Under the pieces are notes generated by a model, which worked only from the letters and a program-made list of their open reading frames with translations, made no database searches and was not told where the DNA came from. A stretch of 62,453 nucleotides of DNA, counting the filler, from Choristocarpus tenellus KU-1152 (Eukaryota; Protista; Phaeophyceae): assembly GCA_964200185.2 (NCBI GenBank). It is 10 parts of 10 records of this genome, joined end to end, with 100 filler letters (N's around TTAATTAATTAA, not from the genome) between each part and the next. Parts side by side here need not be neighbours in the genome. Positions count along the whole stretch, not along the records: positions 34,347 to 44,938 come from CAXNAD020002845.1; positions 45,039 to 51,832 come from CAXNAD020007337.1; positions 51,933 to 54,550 come from CAXNAD020026226.1; 7 more parts are not named here. One strand, 5' to 3'. Made by a program: the position numbers and the translations under genes. This document shows, in pieces, positions 40,401 to 52,049 of the stretch (its first letter is position 1; every line of letters begins with the position of its first letter).

Positions 40401-42557
40401 TCCTGTCAGTTCTTTTATATGCCATAAAGGTTGTTTGTAGTAGTTGTGATCATTTGAAGTTTGAAATTATCTTTTCGAATCTCTCTTTTTCTTCTGGGCT
40501 TTAGAGTCTTCACTTTAGGTACAGTTTTTTTTATGTACTGGATGATTATAGTAATCAGAAATGTTCATTGTTGATATAATTAATTTCCTAGTCATTCAGC
40601 AGGGTGAAGCAAGTGGTGAGTTTGTTGAAAGAGGACATATTTGATTGTGTTTTGTCTATTTTTTAAAATCAAGTACTAGTCACAGTCGTACCTTCAACAA
40701 CAGTAGGAAGGTATTTTGTAGTGGAATTTTTTAAATGAGAAGAGTCAGATTTTCAATTTTTTTTCAATTTTTTTCAGGGTGATTGTGTAAACCTCAGCTT
40801 CTTTTGTTAGTATGTATCACAACCAATCTCCAAGATCCAAATAAAAAAATTGTATGCTTGGGCTCGGTGACAGTATGTCAATGGGAGATAACTGACAGCT
40901 GTAGTGTGAGTTAGGGTTAGGGTTAGTTCGTAGTTGAAGCGCCTCTGATGGTCTTAGAAATTTCTTTTTGTTTTTTATTTTCATGTTACCAATTTTTTTA
41001 TAGTAGACACTGCGTGCACCACAAGGGCTAGGGTTAGGAGTATACTTCTGCTACTTTAAATTTTCGTTCATGTTTTTTTTGGGGGGGGAGATTGGGATTA
41101 GTAATAAAGCCTAAGATTATGCAAACCCTGTGTAGTGTGTTTGATTGGTAGGTTTGAATCTGCTGGTGGTGTCAATTTTGAACCTCTTCAAGCTGTTGGA
41201 TTGATGGAGAGGACCTATGGGTCGAGTTGTGCTAACCCTATCTCTAACCCTTGGCTTGTATCACTTTGTTTATTGAATTGGGTATATTGAAATTGAATAG
41301 AGGATAAAATAGGTTGATCCATGGCATCTTATCTTGTCCTTCCACCCCTCTAATGGCTTGCATGATCCCATCTCCCTGTTGCTTTGTAACCCCTGCAAAA
41401 TCATAACAGTAAGATCATAATAGTAACAGCTTTAGCAATATCATCCTATCCCCTTTCCATTGCTACGTTTAGTTGTATGGGGCCCTGGAGAGTTCATTGA
41501 CCACTGAGCCAGCCCTTCAGATTCTGCTATGTCTACTCCCTGAGTCTAAGGGAGGAGTTTACCTCATCGCTGTGGGACTGCTCTCGACAGATTCAAGGTA
41601 CATGCACAGACCTTTTAAGCTAAGAACACAGTTCTTAGGTTAGTATATACATTTATATATACATGTACAGTATGGTGAGATACAAGTATAAGTACAGCAT
41701 TACATTGGTCTGTGTGTTTGGTACAAGTACTCTTGATTCTCTTATACATTGGTCAATAAATAGGGAGAACAGGTGATCCAGTTGTTGTTGAGATAGAATA
41801 TTCATACTTTTTTTTTCCTAGAAGGTGCTTCACAGTTCCTGTTACTGACTCAGTGCTATTTACATTCTACAGGTGTGTGTCTGAAGGAATAGAATAGAAT
41901 CATCCTGTTTTTAATTTCAAATCAAAAGGTAGGAACTTTTTTATTGCTTGAATAATTCCAGGTAGTCTTGTCATACATATTTTGAACAGCTTCAGGATCC
42001 TCCTTTGGTCACTAATATAACACCATTTGAATGTATAGTTTTTTGTTCTTTTGTTGATTGTTCTTAGGGTTAGAGAATTCTTGGATAGGAATAGCCCCAA
42101 CATTACCCCTATTCTTAGAGGGTTACTGCCTGTTCAAGAACCTCAAGACAGTGATGAATCTCAATATTTTTTATGTGGGTGTGTCATGACAATACCAAAT
42201 ATGTTCAAAGGTAACTAACTGACCCTATAACCCCATTCATCAAGATTTCCATGGTGGTAGTAGCAATCCCTAATGAATGTGATCACTCTGCCATTACCCT
42301 CCCCCCCCCTCCCTCATTTTCTATGTAGCTTCCAATGTTCACTTCGCCCATCCTGCCCATGCTCTGCTGTTGGTGCCCCTCATGTTACTGTGCATGATAG
42401 TACCCGTATGAGTGCTTTACGACTACTTCAGCGTTGTGAAGAGTTTGACTCAACCCGTCCAGCAGTACAGTGTATGAATGACATTTTTGTCATGGCTTAC
42501 ATTAGACAGGGTGAGCAGCAACAGCAGCAGCAACAGCAGCAGCTTCAAGAATTTTAG
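34406..42557 (+). CDS. mesA: MesA/Afi1-family protein (SPA, stabilisation-of-polarity-axis, DENN-like), 3' six exons
   Basis: Exons 34406-34605 (GILHRAFPYANLSDLSFLDVPGFVAGVTNPMFESRVEWWDLLCQLD), 37157-37487 (...DGLFVTTILSGVKGGRNEAWVRNMCSSYTQGLVDLA), 38399-38446, 39998-40192 (FEANKGRL...LRHNIRRLE), 41473-41597 (ILLCLLPESKGGVYLIAVGL) and 42401-42557 (TRMSALRLLQR...MNDIFVMAYIR...stop). All phases match. RAFPY..L...PG..AGVTNP.FE...WWD.LC and LPES.GG...IA.GL are family motifs. Confidence 0.88.
34950..35745. repeat. AT-rich intronic minisatellite (~54-66 bp variable units)
   Basis: Recurring ATTAATAGTATTGTTGATAGCATTGGTATTAATATAAGTGTTGTTAATGGTAGTRCT; source of the spurious 281-aa ORF. Confidence 0.93.
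37738..37830. repeat. 30-bp tandem repeat (GATGAACATGATTGTATTGAATATACAGGT), three units
   Basis: Seen directly. Confidence 0.85.
37935..38375. repeat. 15-bp tandem array TTGCTTWCATGKTCA (~29 units, mostly alternating variants giving a 30-bp dimer)
   Basis: Seen directly; ends ~24 bp before the acceptor of mesA exon 38399. Confidence 0.95.
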
Positions 42558-43362
42558 CCGTCCATGCATGCTACAGTGTATTGCAGCATAGTGTTGTAGC
42601 TACAGTTCAGTGTGTGCAAGGATGTATTTGATAGGCACTAGAGGCCAATGATTCATTTTATCTTGTAGGGAGGTTGGTTCTTAGTCCTTGAATATTGCAG
42701 ACTCTTCAAGAACGTTCTTTGTGACCCATTTTCCTCTTCTGGAATGCTGGTGACTCCCTTATGAGGCTGTGGGTGTGTAAAAGGAGAGAGATGACTTTCA
42801 AGTCCACATGAGTGTCAATTTGTCCTTCAGATTTCTAGGTCATTTTGTGTCAGAAGACAAGTACCAGGGTATGCACGTAGTCAATGATGGTCCTCTCTAA
42901 AAGATAGGATTGAACAGTTTGCTTTCAAATGCATGGGCGATGTGATGTATGTCAGTTTGTGTATTGATGTTTTTTCCATTATTAAATGTCTTTGCTTTTA
43001 TTGGAGGCTGAATATATCATTTTTTTTGTGTATATTGTTATCAATATTATTATTATGTTACATTATACTCACTGTCATTTTTGAAATGTTGAGGGGTAGA
43101 AATAAAAATACATATATATCTAAGAATATACAAGAGGATAAAACTAATACAATAATCGGAACATAGTGCTCACTCCAGTGGTCAGGTCACCATCATCATC
43201 CTCCAGTTGATACAGAATACAATTAGTTTACAATATAGAACCTCCACATCATGCATCTACTATGATACGTATGATGCATGTACTACCCTGCCATGGAGTA
43301 GACTATTACATACAGACACATGTGCTCCACAAAAAATGATAGTATATTGAGGAAGCAGTCCA

Positions 43363-43798
43363 GAGTGAAGTGAATCTTAGAGGGTACGAATTTTGCCCTG
43401 TTTTTCTGTTTGGGACTTGGCTTCCCAGTTTTTTTTTGTGACACATACCTACTAACCTACTACAATGTAGCACTTAATGTACTAAAGGAAACTGCATTCA
43501 AGTACATCTGATGTATACTTATGTATACTGAATCAAAGTATAATGAGCGGTACTCATAATTTCGTTTGAGAATAAAATGACATGGACAAAATTGGTTGTT
43601 TTTTTACCAATAATGCATGGATGATATTTTCCAAATTGTGTTGAAATAAATATAATTCAAAAGGTAGAGAAGTAAACATTCTCATGTCAAACTTAACTCT
43701 TCATCCGTAGGAATATGGGTGAATTGCAAGAGATTAAAAAACTGGCCCTAAATGCAAAATGAACAAGAACTGGATACCTCTCTCTTAGTTTTTGACTC
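43363..43798 (+). mobile_element. Degenerate, longer relative of MITE family B
   Basis: Starts GAGTGAAGTGAATCTTAGAGGGTACGAATTTTGCCCTGTTT...; ends ...TACCTCTCTCTTAGTTTTTGACTC; no intact TSD. Confidence 0.6.
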
Positions 43799-44434
43799 AG
43801 TACTGTGGAGTTCGGGTTCGGGTTAGGATTGGAGTATTCACCACGAGTTACTTCAAGATCCCAATTGTGGAAACCGTACAGGATATATTTTTGTGTTAAA
43901 AGAGAATACTCACTGTAAGGACCCACAAAAGCCATACTTAGTCATTATCATACACAAGGATTAATATTATCTGCTTGGTGTAAGCATCTTGCAGGATGGG
44001 TGTGTATAAACATAACACAGTAGAACCTACAGTGGTTAAATAGGTCATCCTACAGCACATTTCCCAACATCAGGAAGGCATGTCTTGCTTGCATTGCATT
44101 TTTCCACAATGTATCATTGATCTTGCAAGAACACACACCTGTACAACACAGAACAGAGAAAAATGTGAGGTCAAACTAGCATGACCCTTTCCTCTTCAAC
44201 AAAACGCCTCTCACTAAATGATGTACATCAAAAAAAGCAGAAATCACAATCACACAGTAACAAGAGTGGTCAGCCAGAAGACTACACTAAAGAATCATCT
44301 CCAAGAAGGAAAATCATCTCAGCCATGTGTCACACACACACACACACACACACAAAGAGGGCACATACTCCTTCCACACACATCAACCACACCAGACATG
44401 CTTGTCAAGTCATGATCCTCTCACTTCCTCACAC

Positions 44435-44809
44435 CTCAGTACTTCTTACACCTCCCCATCTCCCTCCAACACTGCGTGTCCCCTCCTCTTCATCTCCCTG
44501 CCCTCCCCATGCATTACCAGCAGTCTGTGGCAGTATAGGCACAGCCTCTGGTATTTCAACCTCACCGAAGCCAGTAGCACCAGGGATTTCCAAGTCTGTG
44601 TATGGCGTTGCAGTGACTCCAGAGCCTGAATGAAGTGGCTCAGAGCCAGACATGAGGTTGGAAGATGACTCTCTGTTTGAGGCAGCAGTCCCAAGAGCCC
44701 TCCCCCCCCCCCTAAAATAAGCAGTATTCAATGCGGCAGCATTAGGTGGTGAAGATGCTTGAGTCTGGCGGAGGACAAGTCTGTTAAGTCCTATTGAGGA
44801 TAAGAACGT
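44435..44809 (-). CDS. Late exon of an unknown gene convergent on mesA; contains an SHP-box-like FRGGGRALG motif
   Basis: CAG acceptor at 44810-44812; 125 open codons TFLSSIGLNRLVLRQ...NTAYFRGGGRALG...VRSTE followed by GT. Confidence 0.55.
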
Positions 44810-45061
44810 CTGCCAAGAGAAACAAACGAGATAAACAGCCAGGAGAGCAGTAAAAGGGAGGTGTAGATTAGTTGGGGGGGGGGGGGGGGGGGGTTTGGAA
44901 ATCGGGAAGAAAAAAATGGTGGGGGATTTCAAAAGGAANNNNNNNNNNNNNNNNNNNNNNNNNNNNNNNNNNNNNNNNNNNNTTAATTAATTAANNNNNN
45001 NNNNNNNNNNNNNNNNNNNNNNNNNNNNNNNNNNNNNNCCCCTGTCAGATAACTTTGAGCA

Positions 45062-46022
45062 GGAATATTTGATGCTCGCCCTAGCCCATGGGGATCCCTT
45101 GTTACTATTGTGGTCAAAGCAGATGGGACCCCTAGATTCTGTATTGATTATTGAGGGACCATAAATAAGTACCTCAAGAAACGTTATCGGGCCACGCCTT
45201 TAGCTGAAGAACATCTCAATTCTGTCGGTGCAGCAGAGTAAACTTTGTTGCGGATGTACAATCAACATATCGTCAAATCCCTTTGGTGGAAGAAGATATT
45301 GACAAGACTGCTTTTGTTACCCATAAAGGCAAGTTTGTACATTTTATTTTTTACTGCATGATGTCTCAAGCTCTATCTGATTTTGGCACTGGGTTGGGTC
45401 TGCTTTGTTATATGGATGATGTCATTCTTTGTTCTGCCACTTGGGAGATTATTTATCATATAGTATTAGAAAAACTTTTTATTGCCCTTCAAAATGCTGG
45501 CCTACTATATTCTAAATTGAAGTTTGACCCTGTGTAAGTTGAATACCTTGGACATATTATTTCTAGTGCAGGGGTAGGCCTCGGTAAGGCTCACATTCAA
45601 GCCATTGTTGATTTACCCACAACCTGAACAATCAAAGATACTAGTTCTATCCTTGGTATGTGCAATTTTTGTCGAAATTTTATCCCACATTATGCGTAAG
45701 GAATTCTTAGCACATCCTTCTAATGAATTAGGAAAAGCATGGACATCAATTCATGATACACTGCATTTGCTAAAATTAAAACGGCGTAGACCTCGGCCCC
45801 TCTATTACACTATCTCAATCTTTCAAAATCTTTTATTGGACATGGTACATGCTTGAAATCTGGGCAGCGGTGGTTTTCTAGCTCAAAGAGCGTCACATGA
45901 CCCAACGGACACCTCGCTTCATATTGTGGCTTATTTTAGAAAGAAATTCAATGGAACCCCCAACGAAATTACTCCGCCACATATAAAGAATGTTTAGCAG
46001 TAGTCCATGCTATTAACCACTT
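45062..46022 (+). mobile_element. Ty3/Gypsy RT-RNase H pseudogene fragment
   Basis: SPWGSLVTIVVKADGTPRFCIDY, YRQIPLVEEDIDKTAFVTHKG, CYMDDVILCSATWE, VEYLGHIIS, LGMCNFCRNFIPHYA, QRNYSATYKECLAVVHAINH; stops and frameshifts. Confidence 0.93.
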
Positions 46023-47604
46023 AGGTCAAAGTATCTGGGCGGGGTTGCCGGCGTCCGTTTTTCACCCTTTTTTCGATTTTCACTTTTTGGTGTGATTTGG
46101 TCGTACGTGTCGGATTGGAAATGTTGACAAAAAAAAGACTTTGGTTAGGTTCCCTTCTGTCCTTGCGTACGGAAGAGCAATGCGAATATATGCCACCATT
46201 TATTTGGGCTTGGTAAGGAGTTTCGACGTTTGCATCTGTCGGATTTCGAATGTGTTCATACAGGCTTATTGGTTTGTGTATGTTGGTCGTATAGTTAGGA
46301 TGAAGAATGAGAGATATGCCATTGGTAGTTTCAGGGCTAGTTATTGGTTTGTTTGGTTGCATGAGTGGGATTTGGTTAGCACATAAAGAAGGCTGTCGGT
46401 TAAGGTGTGTTTTCCCAGTGTTAGCACGAGGAATTGAAAAAAGGATTATGGACTGTTTCGAGGTTAATTTTTTCGTTTATTTGCTTGCAGGAGTCGTGTC
46501 TGGTATGCATAGAAAGAGATCTGTCAGGTAGGGCCTGTTCTCCATAGCAGTAATAATAATAGTAATAATAATAAGTCATTTTTTTCGCTTATTTCCTTGC
46601 ATGAGTCCTGTCTGGTATGTACGAAAAGAGGACACTGTCAGTTAGGGCCTGTTCTCCCGGTGTGAGCACAAGGAACCAAAACATATACCATGGACTGTTA
46701 TTAAATTAGTATTTCGTTTATTTGCTTGCATGTGTCGGATTGAGTATGTATACAAACAGGGTTGTCGGTCAGGGTGTTAGGGTTGAAGTTGTTTGTATGA
46801 AGGAAGGGAAAAGGGTCAGTTTTTGCTTTCAGGTTTAGTGTATCTTTGATGTAATGTGTGGACGGATTCTGGATGTGTTCATGAATGGTTATTGGTCAAT
46901 GTCTATTGTCGTACATTTCTCTGGAAGTATCTCAATATATACATCCCGTGGTTCTGGGTTAGGGTTGGTGGATTGAATAAATCCTGATGGGCTATGGTTG
47001 GTTTGGTGTAAGTAGGGTCGATGACGGCACTGGTAAGTTATTAAGGTGAGACTCTTGTCTATTTTAGGTTGCCACGGGATGCAGATGGGCTCAGTGTAAG
47101 TGTTAGGGTAAGGTGATGGTTAGTGTTGGTGTGCGGGGGTGGCAATCCAGGACATTCGTCACGTATTTGGGGTAGGCTTAGGGTTGATGTTGTGCTTAGG
47201 AGCATCGGGCGTGGACTTCGGTATATGATCGTCCAAGATTTGAAGGAGGACGAGATCGTCCCATGTTTGTCGACACTTGATCAAAGCATGAGATGGTGCA
47301 TAGAGTATTGAGAAGCAGAGGGAAGGTAGGTAGTAGAGACTTCACGGAACAATTAGTGGCTCGTAAGAGGACAACGTATCCATCGCAGGCCTTGGCGAAT
47401 TGATTGGAAACCTAGTGAAAAACATGGAGAAGAGTTGTTTTTAAAATATTTTATATTTTTCTAGTCTGAACCTTGTGTTGGACATTCTCTGTTTAAAAAA
47501 AAATACTAGCCAAGGTCTAATCCTCAAGATGAGGATCATATATGATACACTGACACCTCTGACTGGTAGCAATGTATCCGATACCACTGTCTAAATGCAT
47601 AACC

Positions 47605-47863
47605 GAGTGAAAGTATCTTAGAGGGTACGAGTTTTGCCCTGTTTGTCCATTTGGGGCTTGACTTCTCTTGGGGTTTTTCATTACATTTTTCTGCTCCAAA
47701 ATGTTTAGGAGTAGGTAAAATGTATATGATATGAAAAGGTGTGTACAGAACATGGATATTTACACTTCCTAATAAACACGATAGCCAAAATTACATAAAA
47801 TTCGCCGAATTGGATTTTGACCCCCAAATGGACGCGACTCTACCCTCTTAGATTCTTTGGCTC
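47605..47863 (+). mobile_element. MITE family B (~259 bp), TSD AACC/AATC
   Basis: Termini GAGTGAAAGTATCTTAGAGGGTA ... TACCCTCTTAGATTCTTTGGCTC; colinear with 50311-50568 and 51242-51501. Confidence 0.92.
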
Positions 47864-49644
47864 AATCCATCGAATGGAAAGTGCATGAACATGGTAGTTG
47901 GACACCAAGGCAAGGTGCACTGATATACAAATCAGACGCAAGTAACTCGATCCGTACTTCCAACAAAAAACTGAAACGACTGAAGCCCTATTTCAATTGG
48001 TGGGTGGACTCGAAATGGCATTCGTCACCCTTCTCCCACCACTCTACAAGCCTCCGGTATGCCTCGACAAGAAGGTGCCATAGGTTTAGGCACGTGGAGT
48101 ACCTGTCGTTCCAAGGTTCGGGCTTCACAAGGCTCATGAAGATCGCCTTTCCTTGCATGGAGTGCTTCCACATGCTTGGGACGCAATGTGCTGCTGCGCT
48201 TCCCTCCACGATCGCCGAGTTTAACCTGTGTGGGCTCATGGACGTAGCAGTCATCTCAGAATACAAGAGTTTTGGCGCCTTTACCGGCCTTGATGAGCCT
48301 GAACCCAGGGTCGTACATGACTTACGTAAGAATCTGAGTCTGTACTCAGTACTGCGAAGAAGCAGGTTTTGTTGCTGATCATAGGAGCTTGGTAACACAC
48401 GCCTCCATGAAGGCTTCAGTGTTCCCCAAATCAGATGCATCGCAGGACTCAGCCGCGTCCCGTGTTATGCAGTCATCATCACCATTCGAGGATGTTTCGT
48501 CGTTATCCTCGTACCTCGTAGAAGATGAAGATGTATTTTCCGCGTATCCGTCCTTTCTGCCATGAGCGAAGATGTCCACAAAAAAGCCAGGTTCTAAAGT
48601 GCCGCCATCATTTCCACGAGGCTGTTTGAAGGGTCTGATCCGTCCAGAACCTTCTCTCAACCTCTTCTTCCTAATTATCGTCCTTTTGGCCTTCCCTTTA
48701 CCTTTTGCGGAAGGCTTGTCACTTGGTGTTGTGGTTGACTGAGCATGGGCGTTGTTCGCACTTTATTCCACAGTATCGTCGTTCCTGTTCCCTCGCTCCT
48801 TTGACTCGTCGCTGCTGTTGCCCACTGCATGGACGTTTGGGGACATTCCAGGGTCACTCCTGACAGGCATGGACTCGGTGTCCATTCCTAGCCGCCCCCC
48901 CACGTCCTCCTGTACATGTTCCTCTGGACCTGACAAAGCATTACAATCGGGACGATCTCCATCGCCTTCAGAGTCGTGTTCCGAGGGTGCAGTTGAATGC
49001 CTTCCCCCATGGAGTGTCCTGCTGCTCGTACCTACTGTAGGGTTAGGCGATGGCGTCTCCTGTTCCTCTTCATCACCTGGTGGGTCGGGTCCTCCACAAG
49101 GTATAGGCGTGGATGCGCCACCAGCTATCGGTGTCTTCACCGGCACAAAATTGCGGAAGATGGAGAGTTCATTGATGAGGAGTTGGATACGATCCAGATC
49201 AAGGTTGTCCCCGAGGGCGGTACATATGATTACGATGCTTCCTGGTCGGGTCTGGAGAAGGGCGACTTCTCTCTCATGGGCGGTGCTCGTTTCGGACTTG
49301 AGTTTGTCAAGGTTGTGCTCGGACGTGGCGTTTTTCTCTGGCGTGATCACAATGTTTGTGACTCGTGTTATCTCCGGAATGGTGGAGGAGTAGGCAAAGG
49401 ACATGGCGAAGTAGGAGGCAAAACAAAGGGAAGAGGGGTTAGGATAAGGAGGCAAAGGATGGGTAGATGTCGAAGAAAAGGATTAAGCGAAGGATAATGT
49501 AGAGGAGGAGGCAAAGGCTGAGAAAAAGATAAAGGAAAGGAGTACGTGCGGTTTGTTGTACTTGGGCGGATTCTTTTAGCCCATAGATCAGGAAGACAAG
49601 CTGGGCTTGTAACGCTGGAGTAAGAAGATGTGTATAGGACTATA

Positions 49645-49955
49645 TGACATGAACCACAACATAGTTTTCCACCCTGTGCTGGGTTGTACCGATCGATAGA
49701 GCACATCGAAAGTATGAATAAGTCTGTTTGACAAGCATCTTCACAATATATAAACTCGAGAACCCTGCGTCAGTGTACATTGTGAAACTGTCGAACAATA
49801 GTACATGAACCGCGACATAGTCTCCTACCCTGCGCTGGGTTGTACCGATCGGTAGAGCATAGCAAAAGTATGAATAAATCTGTTCAAGAGCATCTTCGCA
49901 ACATATAACCCTCGAGAACCCTGTATCAGTGTACGCTGTGAAACTGTCCAACATC
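49645..49955. repeat. ~156-bp tandem duplication
   Basis: ACATGAACC...GCTGGGTTGTACCGATCG.TAGAGCA...CTCGAGAACCCTG..TCAGTGTAC..TGTGAAACTGTC occurs at 49647 and 49803. Confidence 0.9.
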
Positions 49956-50310
49956 GGTAAGATCTCTGAGAGTCAAGGCGATGTGTTTGGTGTAGGGGTT
50001 GTTTTTTGATGTTCGCGTATGGCGGTGTTGTACAATGATGTAATTGCTAGCCTGCGTGTTCACCACTGGTGTTCAAGGTAACGCCCTCTGAGTATTTGAC
50101 GATGTCGAGGTAGACTAAACCCTCCTCCACATCATCCCGCAACGCGAGGTCCCTTTTCACCTGTGGATTTGTGAAGTTAAATTAATGTGTGCAATCGGGG
50201 CGTTTATTGTGAGGTGACTTGTTACGTACTCAAAAACGGTGGACAGATGAGTGGGTGAACGTGACACTCTCTAGAGTACCTCTTCGCTCAGGATGTATTG
50301 TTTCTTTGGA

Positions 50311-50568
50311 GAGTGAAAGTATCTTAGGGGGTACGAGTTTTGCCCTGTTTGTCCATTTGGGGCTTGGCTTCCGTCGGATTTTTTAATGACATTTTCCTAC
50401 TCCAAAATATTTCGGAGTAGGTAAGATGTATACGTTATGAAAAGGTGTGTCCGCAACAACAATATTGACACTTCCTACCAAACACGATAGCCAAAATTAC
50501 ATCAAAATCGCAACATTGGATTTTGGCCGCAAATGGACACGGCTCTACCCTCTAAGATACTTTGGCTC
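50311..50568 (+). mobile_element. MITE family B (258 bp), perfect 4-bp TSD TGGA
   Basis: TGGA|GAGTGAAAGTATCTTAGGGGGTA ... TACCCTCTAAGATACTTTGGCTC|TGGA. Confidence 0.95.
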
Positions 50569-51241
50569 TGGAGCGGCCTGTTCTGAGGACCTGGGTGATG
50601 ACTCGTTGGCGTCAGGGTCGATCCCAAGCCCGTCTTTCCTCTTGAGGTCGATCATGACCCGCACGGCGACCTCCAGGACGGCCTTTTTGATGAAGACGTC
50701 CTTGGTGTGCATCCTCCGCAGGAGTGCCCTTTTGACTTTCCAGGGTTGCGATGCCCAGTCTTCCTTGGCCTGGGCAGCAGACACAGGGTCTGGAACGCTG
50801 TTCCCTGATATGTTCTTCTTCCCCTTTCCTCGCGTTCTCCTCTTCTTTCCTTGGTTGGGGTCAGCCGGGGGTTGTTTGTTCCGGACGCCCCTTAGAGTGG
50901 TCGAAAACTGTCATGGAGGAGCGCATGGATAGTGGAATGGTAAATCACATTTATGACATTGGTGTCTACCTCGCTAGGCACGAACTTGACGGTAAAATAT
51001 GCGGTTATTGCAGGCTCAGGAGGGGGGTATATGCATATAGACGTGTACGGCGGGTGAATTGTCATAGTCAGAGCTTGACTTACTCATTCCTTTGGAAATG
51101 TCTCTGTCCCAACGACATACGTCAACAACGGCGCGTCGGTAGATAATGTTTTCGCCGCCTGCTCTGAGAACACATGCGCAGCCACTTTGACTATGTCGCG
51201 CCAGCGATAGCCTTGGGGGGTCTCCCCTGTGAGGATAGATA

Positions 51242-51501
51242 GAGCCAAAGTATCTTAGAAGGTAGAGCCGCGTCCATTAGAGGACCAAAATCCAATGTTG
51301 CGACTTTGATGTGATTTTGGCTATCATATTTGTTAGGAAGTGTCAATATCCTTGTTCCGGACGCACCTTTTCATAACGTATACATTTTACCTACTCCGAA
51401 ACATTTTGGAGTAGAAAAATGTGACAAAAAGAGACCATGGGAAGGCAAGCCTCAAATGGACAAATAGGGGGGAACTTGTATCCTCTAAGATACTTTCACT
51501 C
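51242..51501 (-). mobile_element. MITE family B (260 bp), inverted orientation
   Basis: GAGCCAAAGTATCTTAGAAGGTAGAG ... TATCCTCTAAGATACTTTCACTC; flanks ATA(G)/ATAG. Confidence 0.92.
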
Positions 51502-51932
51502 ATAGTCCGACTCCAGCGAGGACATCAGTGCACATTCTTGCGAAGTACTGCTCCTTAACCTCGTCTGTGAGCTACATGTACAGGTAGGCGATCATGTTCA
51601 GTTAGGAACCTGGAGAGAATGTGCTTTGATGGTATGAAGGATTTAGGCTTAACAATGTATCGATCTGGGAATGGTTTGCAGGGGATGCATGTTGCACAGC
51701 AGAACCCCATGGTGTTAGGCTTCGGCGTGTAGGCACGTGCTGGGAATGTTTATCTCACCTGCAACCTGTAGGTGTGTGTGAACCCCCCTGTTAAAGAAAC
51801 TGGTGTTCCCAAGACTTGTGTGTGTAAATAACNNNNNNNNNNNNNNNNNNNNNNNNNNNNNNNNNNNNNNNNNNNNTTAATTAATTAANNNNNNNNNNNN
51901 NNNNNNNNNNNNNNNNNNNNNNNNNNNNNNNN

Positions 51933-52043
51933 AGTGCATTTACATTATCCATCTGACGTATGCAACCAAATCAACCAAAAATCGCGACATGAAAAATTGA
52001 ACCCAAATGGACAGCCGCCACGCCCTCCCAGATACTTCGAGCC
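51933..52043 (-). mobile_element. MITE family A, partial copy at a contig start
   Basis: ...CCCAAATGGACAGCCGCCACGCCCTCCCAGATACTTCGAGCC. Confidence 0.88.
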
Positions 52044-52049
52044 AAATGC

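Larger units (their letters stand above)
47200..51610 (-). pseudogene. Decayed intron-containing gene of unknown type (possibly transposon-encoded), disrupted by three MITE-B insertions and in-frame stops
   Basis: After removing MITE plus one TSD, frames re-join: ..CTDVLAGVGL|SILTGETPQGYRWRDIVKV.. (51600-51085) and ..SSEQAAP|KKQYILSEE|GT (50907-50280). Next exon VKRDLALRDDVEEGLVYLDIVKYSEG (50161-50065). ORFs 48763-49455 and 48379-48660 share one frame separated by a single stop. Confidence 0.6.
46023..51832 (-). mobile_element. Candidate large DNA transposon: AAAGTATCTGGG terminus at 46023, subterminal repeats 46150-46990 and an internal decayed spliced gene; other end outside the contig
   Basis: AGGTCAAAGTATCTGGGCGGGGTTGCCGGCGTCCGTTT truncates the Gypsy RNase H precisely and matches the MITE family A terminus; internal duplications 46330-46540 vs 46570-46790 and 46200-46330 vs 46830-46960. 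Confidence 0.45.

Noticed and set aside
49190-49230. GDNLD motif as proof of an Academ-type transposase
   Set aside because: Five residues only, followed by low-complexity sequence rather than the expected catalytic core; kept only as a lead.
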